Below are positions 37,754 to 46,194 of a DNA stretch of 64,000 bases, piece by piece (position 1 is the stretch's first letter; every line of letters starts with the position of its first letter). Origin of the DNA: a virus (taxonomy: Duplodnaviria; Caudoviricetes); IMG/VR virus record IMGVR_UViG_3300035491_000281. The stretch is one strand, 5' to 3'. Both the position numbers and the translations under genes were made by a program. Below the pieces are notes generated by a model that ran no database searches, was not told the DNA's origin, and saw only the letters and a program-made list of their open reading frames with translations.

Positions 37754-38422
37754 ATGTCCGCGCGCCAAGCCGCCACCGAAGAGCTGTTGCATTTCATCGA
37801 CCAGTTTGCTCCTGGCTCTGCCAACCGTGCTATTTACGAAGAACGCCTCGGTAAAATGTCCGATGCGGAATTCGAAGCCTTTATGACCCGGCTGGAAAAC
37901 GAAGAGGAGATTCTATCCCTGTTCGTCCCCAACCTGTCGGAGCACAAAGTCAGCATCAAACGCAACTTCGAGATTGCTGAGCAGCTCGACCATCAGTTCT
38001 TCCAGCACCTGTACCTGACCGACCCGACCACCGGGCAGGTGGTGAAAACGCCCACCAAGCATCTGGTGATCGACCTGATGCTGCGCCGGCAAGCGCAGAT
38101 GCTGTACAAGAAGATGTCGGTGCCGGAGAACAACCAGGCGGTGGACGAACGGTCCGGCCAGGCGACGGGTCCTTCCAAAGGCTCGCGGATGTCCTACCCG
38201 GAACTACAGGTCAATGCCGCCAAAGGGCTCGACCAATCGGTGCTGGAGCTGATCAAATTCCGGGGTGGTGATGTCAAGGCGTTCAACGCCATGAACCGCA
38301 GTATTCTGGAAACCGGTGAGGCCTCGTTGGAGTCCATCAGCGCCCGCGAACCCACCACCGTTAAAGCCACGCAGACCCTGAGTGTTCTACTGAAGTCTGC
38401 CCATCTGGATAATAATCTCTAA
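37754..38422 (+). CDS. Virion RNA polymerase beta subunit, C-terminal fragment (phiKZ gp149-like)
   Basis: SGQATGPSKGSRMSYPE corresponds to RpoB QPLGGKAQFGGQRFGEME; ELIKFRGGD corresponds to EMLTVKSDD. Start MSARQA at 37754 (AGGAG). Confidence 0.85.
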   Translation: MSARQAATEELLHFIDQFAPGSANRAIYEERLGKMSDAEFEAFMTRLENEEEILSLFVPNLSEHKVSIKRNFEIAEQLDHQFFQHLYLTDPTTGQVVKTPTKHLVIDLMLRRQAQMLYKKMSVPENNQAVDERSGQATGPSKGSRMSYPELQVNAAKGLDQSVLELIKFRGGDVKAFNAMNRSILETGEASLESISAREPTTVKATQTLSVLLKSAHLDNNL

Positions 38423-38431
38423 GGCCGTTGT

Positions 38432-38935
38432 ATGACCGGACTGTACGAAATAGCCAGCCAAGCCGCCGTTGAGGCTCTGCAGGAAGAGCTCAAGCTGCTA
38501 CGCCATGAGGTTCACCTTGAGGTTTACCGCTTCTTGCTGCGCCTGCGCATGGAACAACGGCTTTACTACATCAGCCGAGAAATGGCCGCTGACGTGATCT
38601 GGAAGGAATTGCGCGATAACGACGACCTGCTGGATCTGACCATGCGTGCCGCCATCGGGTTCTACAGTCGTATGTCGGGGCACGAGCAAGGCGACAAGTA
38701 CCTGCCGTACTGCATGTTACTGGCCGAAGCCATCGGTGGGATTACGCACCGCGGTCGAGACGCCGGTTTGGTTACCGACTCGACCTTCAGTGAGAAGATC
38801 GTCAGCCCCACCGAGCTCGGGAAGTTGTTCGGCAGTGAACACTGGCTGACCCTCTTGCTGACGCTGGAACGGGCGGTGAGTCGGTATCTGCCGAAGGCCA
38901 TGCTGCAGGAGCTGCAACTCGGAGGTGGGACGTGA
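38432..38935 (+). CDS. Conserved hypothetical / virion protein
   Basis: 167-aa ORF in an operon with the RNAP fragment. Confidence 0.65.
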   Translation: MTGLYEIASQAAVEALQEELKLLRHEVHLEVYRFLLRLRMEQRLYYISREMAADVIWKELRDNDDLLDLTMRAAIGFYSRMSGHEQGDKYLPYCMLLAEAIGGITHRGRDAGLVTDSTFSEKIVSPTELGKLFGSEHWLTLLLTLERAVSRYLPKAMLQELQLGGGT

Positions 38936-39645
38936 TTCGGCGTATCCTGCTGGATATCGATGCGCTACTAGACACCCGGCTGGGGTTGTTGTCCCAGCTG
39001 AATTCCGAGGTCGCTACCCGGGTGGTGCAGAGTAACGCTTATTGGGAGCGGGACTACACCGACTGGGAACGCCTCACTCGGGGGGGTGTGACCAACGCCG
39101 CCTTCGAGGCGGCCTGGGTAAAGCGCGACATCGAGACCGCCCGCCAATCGATCATGACCGGCATTATTCCGGTGTTGATGCGCGTGATGGCCGAGTACGA
39201 CCAGAATATGCGTGACGGTGTGGTCACCGACGACCTGGCGCTGGAAGTGAATCTACACCCGTACGAGTTCAACGACGAAGAGACCGAGGAGCTGACGGAA
39301 ATCCTGAAAGGGGTGTTCTATCAGGACCTGACGGTCACCTTCTGCTCCCGACCGCTGGAGGAGCTAACGCCGGTGGTGCTGAACGAGCACTATTCGGCGG
39401 TGGTGTTGTTCGATTTCAACCGCTGGATCAAGCACCACTGCCTGAGCTTAGGGGAAACCCGGTGCAAGGGGTTGAGCTTTATTGTTCCTCGGTTGTTTGA
39501 AAAAGACCCCAGTCAACTCAGCCTGGAACGCAAACAGGAAGAGATCATGGGGTTTCGCCTGTGGTTTGTGGAGCTGTTTGAAGTGGAGTTCATTGACGCT
39601 GAATGGTTCTCCATGTACCGTCCCTCGCTGCCGGCCGAAGCGTGA
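38932..39645 (+). CDS. Conserved hypothetical protein (HAD-like N-terminus)
   Basis: RILLDIDALLDTR resembles a HAD DxD motif; GTGA overlap with the upstream gene. Confidence 0.6.
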   Translation: MIRRILLDIDALLDTRLGLLSQLNSEVATRVVQSNAYWERDYTDWERLTRGGVTNAAFEAAWVKRDIETARQSIMTGIIPVLMRVMAEYDQNMRDGVVTDDLALEVNLHPYEFNDEETEELTEILKGVFYQDLTVTFCSRPLEELTPVVLNEHYSAVVLFDFNRWIKHHCLSLGETRCKGLSFIVPRLFEKDPSQLSLERKQEEIMGFRLWFVELFEVEFIDAEWFSMYRPSLPAEA

Positions 39646-39649
39646 CTCT

Positions 39650-39679
39650 ATAAAGCCCCTGACCCTTCGGGGGCTTTAT
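39650..39679 (+). terminator. Terminator-like hairpin
   Basis: ATAAAGCCCC-tgacccttcg-GGGGCTTTAT after the 39645 stop. Confidence 0.7.
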
Positions 39680-39701
39680 GCCCTTGAATCGATGCAGCTT
39701 G

Positions 39702-39713
39702 AGATCTATATCA
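39702..39713 (+). promoter_or_regulatory. Candidate early phage promoter AGATCTATATCA
   Basis: Exact 12-mer also present at 41275-41286; both are intergenic and upstream of + strand small genes; resembles the TATATTAC-like phiKZ early consensus. Confidence 0.55.
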
Positions 39714-39781
39714 CCATGGTGAACCACCCCTGAGTGCTGTCCGTAGTTTCGACAGAACCCGGATAACCCTGGAGGTCTACC

Positions 39782-40054
39782 ATGAAATCGATTGTGTGTG
39801 CATCTTTTCAAATCAGTGACTCCCATATCCGTACGGCTGTTGCACGGGTAGACGATGGCCCGCGTCCATTGGTGGACGTGATTTATGCCGACATTATTGA
39901 CGGCCGACCTAGCGTGTATTGCTTTGATCATCACCTGTGTGCGGCCATCCCGTTTCGCGATAAGAGCTTTGCGCGGCAACGGGCGCAGTACCCCGCGGTG
40001 CAGTTGCGCGATCCAGACCTGGCAGTTTTGCTAGAACATCCCGAATTAAATTGA
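39782..40054 (+). CDS. Small hypothetical protein
   Basis: 90 aa, GGAGG SD. Confidence 0.7.
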   Translation: MKSIVCASFQISDSHIRTAVARVDDGPRPLVDVIYADIIDGRPSVYCFDHHLCAAIPFRDKSFARQRAQYPAVQLRDPDLAVLLEHPELN

Positions 40055-40065
40055 AGGAGCTTTAG

Positions 40066-40410
40066 ATGACAAACCTACCCGGCAGCATTCGTCGTATCTC
40101 ACCCGGCGAACACACCTGCGAGCACAGAGGTTGTACCCTGCTGGCTACCCACAGCCTCCAAGGTGAGACCGACAGTTTCGGGGCGGAGTACCGCTACTAC
40201 TGCACCGCCCATATCGAAAACGAACGGCAACGCCTATCGAAGGCGAGCCGGGTAGGAACCTGCGATTGGTGCAAAGGGCACGCGACTGACCTGCGTCCGC
40301 ACCGGGATTTCGAGGAAGGCAGTAACGGCCCGGTGTATGAGGTCTGTGGGGACTGTGTCCGCAAACAAATCGCGGAGGTTCAAGACGAACTGGAAGACTG
40401 CTATGAATAG
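40066..40410 (+). CDS. Small Cys/His-rich (probable Zn-binding) protein
   Basis: CEHRGC, QGETDSFG.EY..YC..H, CDWC, CGDC; AAGGAG SD. Confidence 0.75.
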   Translation: MTNLPGSIRRISPGEHTCEHRGCTLLATHSLQGETDSFGAEYRYYCTAHIENERQRLSKASRVGTCDWCKGHATDLRPHRDFEEGSNGPVYEVCGDCVRKQIAEVQDELEDCYE

Positions 40411-40693
40411 TGCTGACCATGCGTTTATGCTGCACTTTGTGGATTTGATGTTGGCGTTCTTACTGCTGCTGGCGCTGGCGCTCTGGGTAGTGTGCAGTCC
40501 CGATGTGTTGTTTCCGCCCTACCGGCGTCCAGCATGGCCGCGGCGGCGACAGAAGTTGCTCGGAGGGGCGGTCCTACTCAGTATGACCTTAGTCGGGTTA
40601 GGGTTGTGGTTTAGCTTCAGTGGGCTCTGGTTAGGCGTCACCGCCATCTACTGGCAGCGCCGTCATTGGCTAATGCAGTTCCCCGATCAGTAG
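40403..40693 (+). CDS. Small multi-TM membrane protein
   Basis: Start MNSADH at 40403 overlaps the upstream stop; two to three hydrophobic segments separated by RRPAWPRRRQK. Confidence 0.65.
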   Translation: MNSADHAFMLHFVDLMLAFLLLLALALWVVCSPDVLFPPYRRPAWPRRRQKLLGGAVLLSMTLVGLGLWFSFSGLWLGVTAIYWQRRHWLMQFPDQ

Positions 40694-40696
40694 CGA

Positions 40697-40729
40697 CATA
40701 ACGCCCTCCCCGTTTGGGGAGGGCTTATG
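40697..40729. terminator. Bidirectional terminator-like palindrome
   Basis: CATAACGCCCTCCCC-gttt-GGGGAGGGCTTATG between convergent genes. Confidence 0.8.
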
Positions 40730-40745
40730 CCGTTTCTTTTTTTGC

Positions 40746-41201
40746 TTAGTCGGACTCACCTTTCAAGGCTTGCATCCGGGTCATGAAATCGCCGCAGTTC
40801 TCACTGATCACGCCGATCTCAGTCTCCCCTTCGACGAGCTTGTGTTCGCCCAGCTTCTCGACGCTGACCGACGGTACCACCGTGGGCGCCGCCACCGAAC
40901 CGTCATCGCGGCGGGCGAAGGGGTTGGCGTTCTTCTGCATTTCCAACATCTGGCGCATGGCGTCAGCCACCTCACGGGAGGTGTCGGAATCTTTCTGGTC
41001 GATTTGGTTCTTGCGATCGGCCAGGGCCGTCTGATCCATGTCCTTGAGGGTCTTGAGCAAGGTGTCGACCGCCTTAGGGTCGTTGGGCACCTCGCCATCC
41101 TCCATCACCTTGTCGATGATCCTGCGACGAATGCGCTGACTGAAGCTCAGCGTCTGTTGATAATCCAAGACATCTTCTTGATTTTCAGAAGGATTTTCCA
41201 T
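40746..41201 (-). CDS. Conserved hypothetical helical protein
   Basis: 151 aa, codon usage like neighbouring genes. Confidence 0.7.
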   Translation of the reverse strand: MENPSENQEDVLDYQQTLSFSQRIRRRIIDKVMEDGEVPNDPKAVDTLLKTLKDMDQTALADRKNQIDQKDSDTSREVADAMRQMLEMQKNANPFARRDDGSVAAPTVVPSVSVEKLGEHKLVEGETEIGVISENCGDFMTRMQALKGESD

Positions 41202-41274
41202 GTTACAGGTACCTCAGTGGGGTGCGTGGAAAAACTACGGAATACTCCGACTGTATAGTAGTGGACATATTTCC

Positions 41275-41286
41275 AGATCTATATCA
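41275..41286 (+). promoter_or_regulatory. Candidate early phage promoter AGATCTATATCA
   Basis: Identical to 39702-39713; 42 nt upstream of the 41328 ATG. Confidence 0.55.
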
Positions 41287-41327
41287 TGATTTTGCGGTAA
41301 CCACCACTACTGTAAGGGGGAGAAACC

Positions 41328-41825
41328 ATGTTAGGTCGTCGGCTGCGGTTACGCCGCTACCGCCGTCAACTGGCCGAGACGGAATTGATCGCTACCGACA
41401 GCGCCAATGTTGTCGCCCGACTGGCGGCGCTGTGGCGGGGAATCAAGCCAAAAGACCTAGTTGACATCAACGTCCAGACTCGTATGTCCACCAAACTACG
41501 TGTCTGTTTCAATAACCTACCGCTGTTAGTCACTCGCCTGAAAGAGCACAACGCCCTGATTGCGGCTAACGGTGACCGGATGCTGGAGTTGTCAGTTGCC
41601 CGACAAGGGCGAGCGCTCACGGATGTGGCGCTCGACTTTTATCTGGCCGACGACCACCAACTACCTGTGGATGAAGAAGCCTTGCTGCGTCGTTTACAGG
41701 GGCTACTGTTAGAACATGCCCACCTCCTGCGCCAGCAGGACGGACATTACTACCAGCGGCTGAGCGAGATGTTCTATCAAGACATCATCGTTCTCACCAC
41801 AACTCTAATAAATGCCAACCACTGA
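41328..41825 (+). CDS. Hypothetical protein
   Basis: 165 aa, GGGGAG SD. Confidence 0.65.
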   Translation: MLGRRLRLRRYRRQLAETELIATDSANVVARLAALWRGIKPKDLVDINVQTRMSTKLRVCFNNLPLLVTRLKEHNALIAANGDRMLELSVARQGRALTDVALDFYLADDHQLPVDEEALLRRLQGLLLEHAHLLRQQDGHYYQRLSEMFYQDIIVLTTTLINANH

Positions 41826-41955
41826 ATCCCGCAGAGGAGAAGACCGCTATGCTGACAAACAATGGACCCTAAGGGACGGTTGCGTCTCTAGTAGTTTGTG
41901 AAATCAAACCATGGACCGTTTACGGACGGCCAACCACCGTAGGTGAAAAACTAAA

Positions 41956-42705
41956 ATGAGCAGAACCGTCAAAGAGCTTCTCGCTGACCCGCTCAAAGGG
42001 ACGAACCGCGCGCAGGGGGTGTTGTGCTACCTGTTCCGGCATGTCCTACTCTGGCGAAAAGTCAACCAGTTCACGTGGAACAAGAGGGCCCGGCTGTATT
42101 TCGAAAAGCCCCACAACCGTGACAACCCCGACAAGGGCAATCTCAACAAAGCCTTGACCCACGACGACTTCACGTGGGGAACCTTCAAGAAGTCCATTGA
42201 CTTTCTCAACCCCTACTCGGCCACCTTGGTCGTGCAGTTGACCTGGACCAGTGGGCGGGTCTCCCGCTACCCGATTCGGATCGACCCAGCGGAGAACGAG
42301 GCCGACTCGGCGCTGAACAGCTTTGGTGAAGCTGAGAGCGATGTGTTCCACGACCAGCGTAAACCAGCCAGTACCCTGGCGCGCCTGTTCCGCCGTATTG
42401 TCAGCGAAGAACAGATCGACGTCACCCGTTGGCAAGCGTTGTTTGAGGACTACGCCAAAAACCCCCTGCACGGCATTCCCCAGAACCGGCGGGATATCAC
42501 TAACTTTATCAACACCACTCAACGGGAGCTGATGAACGCCCGGATGTCCTGGAACGTGTTTCGCAAGGGCTTGGTGGTGCTCAACCCCAAACAGGAAGAT
42601 TATATCCTGGAGTTGCGCTGGAGTAAGGACCCGACCGATGTGAGTATTCACACCGTGACGATCCGCAATCCGATGCTGGTGAATCCGGCTTCCAATCAAG
42701 ACTAA
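41956..42705 (+). CDS. Hypothetical protein built from two homologous halves
   Basis: LCYLFRHVL...FTWGTFKKSIDFLNP...VVQLTW versus LARLFRRIV...MSWNVFRKGLVVLNP...ILELRW. Confidence 0.75.
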   Translation: MSRTVKELLADPLKGTNRAQGVLCYLFRHVLLWRKVNQFTWNKRARLYFEKPHNRDNPDKGNLNKALTHDDFTWGTFKKSIDFLNPYSATLVVQLTWTSGRVSRYPIRIDPAENEADSALNSFGEAESDVFHDQRKPASTLARLFRRIVSEEQIDVTRWQALFEDYAKNPLHGIPQNRRDITNFINTTQRELMNARMSWNVFRKGLVVLNPKQEDYILELRWSKDPTDVSIHTVTIRNPMLVNPASNQD

Positions 42706-42714
42706 GGGTTTGTT

Positions 42715-43170
42715 ATGTCGAATGTGCCGAGTGACGACGTGAACGGGGACGGCGTTAGTTGTATCAACATTGGGCGTTACGCCCGGACACCCTTGGGGCG
42801 GCTGTTGCATTATTACGACAGCACCCCCAAGCGGCTACCCGACGGCAAGCACTTTTTCATGTTTGCCGGCTACTACTATTACCTGATCACCACAGGTGAG
42901 AGCAGTGGTCGGTTCTTGCGCATGAAGACCACCGACGAGTTGGAGTTCAAACGCAAGGTCGATTGGACCAACGTACCAGGCTTAGAGACCCATCTGGAAA
43001 CCGCGTTGAGTTACAACATCAACCGGTCGCCGTTGGCCTTGAGCCTGGTGCGCAAACACCACTTACCCGTGGTCTGGGTGGAACCGGACCGCGAGTTACG
43101 CAATGCTGAAAAACGCTGGCTACGGGTGGTGCAAAACACCCTGCGCCGACTCCGGGCGGAACACGTCTAA
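42715..43170 (+). CDS. Hypothetical protein
   Basis: 151 aa with aromatic-rich FAGYYYYL segment. Confidence 0.65.
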   Translation: MSNVPSDDVNGDGVSCINIGRYARTPLGRLLHYYDSTPKRLPDGKHFFMFAGYYYYLITTGESSGRFLRMKTTDELEFKRKVDWTNVPGLETHLETALSYNINRSPLALSLVRKHHLPVVWVEPDRELRNAEKRWLRVVQNTLRRLRAEHV

Positions 43171-43176
43171 CTCACA

Positions 43177-43248
43177 CCCACCCCGCGGGGTGGGTTTATA
43201 CCGTTCTGCCGCATAAGCACGGAGACCCTTCGGGGTCTCCATTTTATG
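43177..43248. terminator. Two tandem hairpins
   Basis: ACCCACCCC/GGGGTGGGT and GGAGACCC-ttcg-GGGTCTCC, the latter flanked by CATAA...TTATG. Confidence 0.6.
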
Positions 43249-43280
43249 ACCTCATTTCTTTTTTTGTTCAGGTGATCCCC

Positions 43281-44294
43281 ATGTCTCGTATCGCACAACC
43301 TGCGTTTAACGGCGCTCCCACCGACGAGTTAGCCGCGGTCGATGTCTACGGCACCACCGACGCCGAACAACGCAGTGCCTTCACCAGCGCCTACACGGCC
43401 TTCGGCGAAGGCCTCGATGTGGTAATGAATAAATCCAAGGAAGTCAGCGGCAAGGTGGTGCAGAAAGCCAAAGACGGCGAGTTGGATGTAAATGAGTCCC
43501 GTAAAGTGGTGCAGCGTGCCCTGAAGGGATCGCGTACTGATATCGACCGCATCGGTACGGCAGCCAGTGACCTGTTACTGGGTGATGTGGCTAAAGGCAG
43601 CATGCTCGACCAACTCGGGGGTGGTAAGAACTACTACAAGTCTATCAAAGTGCTGACCCAAAACGGTCAGCACAACATCGATAATGCCGATTACGACAGC
43701 GTTTCTGGTATCCTTGCAATGGTGTCGGACGTCACCGGCAGCGGCGCCTTCGAGGCCACCAACCTGGCCGTGGAAGCTGCAGTTCTCCACACTGCAATTG
43801 AACAGCTCACGGACCTTGGCGTGCCCGAGCTGGTCGATGACGTGATGCAGGAGATCAAGGACGAACAGTTACGCAAGACCGTGGCGCGGCGTAGTGCGGG
43901 GCGGTTGGCCACCAGCGGTAATATCGACACAATAGAGATCGCACTCAACTCCGTCGGGGCTCCACCACTTACTGCCAGCCAACCTACACTCCCCCAGCAG
44001 GTGCTGGCACGCTATAAGCTCAAAGAGGGCAGTACTCGTGCCGATTATCCAGAGCGCCTGGTGCAACTGGTGCGGGTGATGAATCAATTGAAGCCGGATT
44101 GGTTCTGGACTTACCGCGGTAGCGAACGCGTCTGGAACCTGGCTATGCTGAGCACCGCCAGCGACGACGCCCGGCTGGTGTTGCTGAGTGACGAGGAGTA
44201 CCGAACCCCCACCCTGATCGCCTCCAGCTACCCGCAGCGCGACGTTACACGTCTGATGAAGGACATGTACCCGATGATCGCGATCGCCGCGTAG
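43281..44294 (+). CDS. Probable virion structural protein
   Basis: Start MSRIAQ at 43281; AFNG.PTDEL.AVDVYG N-terminus typical of phiKZ-like structural proteins; ATTTTATG upstream. Confidence 0.6.
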   Translation: MSRIAQPAFNGAPTDELAAVDVYGTTDAEQRSAFTSAYTAFGEGLDVVMNKSKEVSGKVVQKAKDGELDVNESRKVVQRALKGSRTDIDRIGTAASDLLLGDVAKGSMLDQLGGGKNYYKSIKVLTQNGQHNIDNADYDSVSGILAMVSDVTGSGAFEATNLAVEAAVLHTAIEQLTDLGVPELVDDVMQEIKDEQLRKTVARRSAGRLATSGNIDTIEIALNSVGAPPLTASQPTLPQQVLARYKLKEGSTRADYPERLVQLVRVMNQLKPDWFWTYRGSERVWNLAMLSTASDDARLVLLSDEEYRTPTLIASSYPQRDVTRLMKDMYPMIAIAA

Positions 44295-44323
44295 TGACGC
44301 TTACAGCGCCTCTGGCGTGAGGG

Positions 44324-44358
44324 CATAAACAAGGCCTCCCGGCAGGGAGGCCTCTATG
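44324..44358. terminator. Bidirectional terminator-like palindrome
   Basis: CATA...AGGCCTCCC-ggca-GGGAGGCCT-CTATG between convergent genes. Confidence 0.75.
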
Positions 44359-44368
44359 CCGGCGAGTA

Positions 44369-45277
44369 TCAGTCGGCGACGTTGAGCACAACCACCGCTT
44401 TCAGATAGGCGCAGAGACTTTCCAGCAACCAGCCAGCCCGGTCCACCAGCTGACTGGACAGGGCAGAGTTCTGGTCATCGGCCAGGGGATGGAAGATCGC
44501 TTCGAGTTTATCGTCCCAAGCCTCGTTCACCTCATCGGAGTAACCACGGAAGGGCGGATCACTGACATCTAACCCCAGAGCGCTGTACTCTTCGAAGTCG
44601 GCGAGTTCCTGGACGAACTTCTCCAGCTCCATGACCAGCTCGACGGTCGCCTCTACCTGCTCCTTACTGGGGGGCGCCAACGTGATCGCTGCGCTCTTTT
44701 CCGGCGCGACCTGATAGCGGAACCAGCCATCGCTGTCGGTGAACTTGGTTTTGCTCCAGCCGAGGAAGCTGTAACTGGGTTCGGTGAAGCCGACCAGGGT
44801 CGATTTCGGAACCCGCTTCTTGATGTCGTTGAGTAGTTTGGTGAATTCGTCCGGATGCTCCACGCCCGGGTAGCGCTTAAGCCACTGCGTCGCTTCCTGA
44901 TCCACCTTCTTCAGGAACTCCGAGAAGGTTTTCAGGGGGCCCCTGTACCGTTGGAATAGTTGGCGATACTGCACCAGATCCTTGCGGAACTCAGCGGCGA
45001 CGTTACTCACCGGCCGGCCCTGACGCTGAAACAGCGGTGCGTAGCGGGCCGCCAGTGTCACGTCATTCTTCACCACCCCGAACTCACCGGGGGTTTTACG
45101 GTACAGGTTATCCTGCACCCAGGCCACCACGTCTTCGCGGCTGATGTCCGGTGCCTCGGCACTGGGGTCTTTTTTCTTGCGTTTGAAGAAATCCCGCAGG
45201 GAGCTGACCAACCCTTCGTTGGAGACCTCGGGTTGTTCGGCGGGGAAGTTGGTGTTCAATATCTCACGAATGTTCAT
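44369..45277 (-). CDS. Probable internal head protein
   Basis: Short acidic leader then VSNEGLVSSLRDFF, a typical prohead-protease processing context. Confidence 0.65.
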   Translation of the reverse strand: MNIREILNTNFPAEQPEVSNEGLVSSLRDFFKRKKKDPSAEAPDISREDVVAWVQDNLYRKTPGEFGVVKNDVTLAARYAPLFQRQGRPVSNVAAEFRKDLVQYRQLFQRYRGPLKTFSEFLKKVDQEATQWLKRYPGVEHPDEFTKLLNDIKKRVPKSTLVGFTEPSYSFLGWSKTKFTDSDGWFRYQVAPEKSAAITLAPPSKEQVEATVELVMELEKFVQELADFEEYSALGLDVSDPPFRGYSDEVNEAWDDKLEAIFHPLADDQNSALSSQLVDRAGWLLESLCAYLKAVVVLNVAD

Positions 45278-45328
45278 GCTCGGTTCTCGTTGCGAATAAA
45301 CGACCCGCCCCGAAGGGCAGGTCTGTGG

Positions 45329-46111
45329 TTACCAGTTGAGGTACACCGGACGGCTCGCACCGCGGCCGGACGACTTGTCCCAACCCAAATCGCGAATCAG
45401 GGTCTCGTAGTCGATACCGCTCGATTCCAGACCCAGCGCCTGCTGTTTCTTCTGCTCATCGGCCAGCGTCCACAACACCGTGGGCGACAGCTGCACTTCG
45501 TTGAAGGACTCCAGCGCCGGCGAGAAGTACTTGTTGGCGTTGTAGATGCCGCCCTCGTTGACGAAGTCCCAGGTGATGATCTCGCGGGTGTACTTGACCC
45601 CGCGCATCAGGTCATCGACGGTGAGACTGCGGACCGAGAAGTACACGTTCTCGTGCGGGTTGTCCAGGGCGTCTTTAAGCACCTGGCCATAGGGGCCGGA
45701 CGGCCGCACTTCGCCGATCACCACGGTGATGGGGCGGCCTTTGTCGTCGCGCTGGCCTTCTTCCAGGCGCAGGTTGCGAATGTGGAAGGCTACCCGATCG
45801 CTGTCGATCTGGCGAATCCGATGTACGTACTGGGCATCCGACATCCCGGGGACTTTCTCGGGGTGTTTGTATTCCCCGCGCAATACCCCTTTGTTGAGCA
45901 TCCGGCGCAGCACGCTACCCTCTTGGAAGAAGGGTACAGCCGAAGCCAGGTCGTAGAACATACCGGCGCTGTTGTGTGCGCCGTAGGCACCGAGGACAAC
46001 GGTGTAGTAACCGTCAGCGTCCGGTTTCAGGACACCTTTCTTCTCGGTGCCAAGCAGCATGGTACAACCCAGGCTGACTTGACGTTGACGTTGTTGCATG
46101 TGAGTCTCCAC
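45329..46111 (-). CDS. Prohead (head maturation) serine protease (phiKZ gp175-like)
   Basis: DGYYTVVLGAY, LRGEYKHP, AFHIR, YFSVRS, ITWDFVNEGGI motifs; C-terminal ALES and GLES self-cleavage sites. Confidence 0.85.
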   Translation of the reverse strand: METHMQQRQRQVSLGCTMLLGTEKKGVLKPDADGYYTVVLGAYGAHNSAGMFYDLASAVPFFQEGSVLRRMLNKGVLRGEYKHPEKVPGMSDAQYVHRIRQIDSDRVAFHIRNLRLEEGQRDDKGRPITVVIGEVRPSGPYGQVLKDALDNPHENVYFSVRSLTVDDLMRGVKYTREIITWDFVNEGGIYNANKYFSPALESFNEVQLSPTVLWTLADEQKKQQALGLESSGIDYETLIRDLGWDKSSGRGASRPVYLNW

Positions 46112-46167
46112 TCCAGCTGAAACTGGGCGTAATAGGTACTGACGACCGCATTGTAGGGCGGGTGTGC

Positions 46168-46176
46168 CATAAGATC
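46168..46176 (-). promoter_or_regulatory. Candidate late promoter GATCTTATG
   Basis: Upstream of the prohead protease start at 46111. Confidence 0.6.
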
Positions 46177-46194
46177 ACCCGCCCGGCCGCGCAA

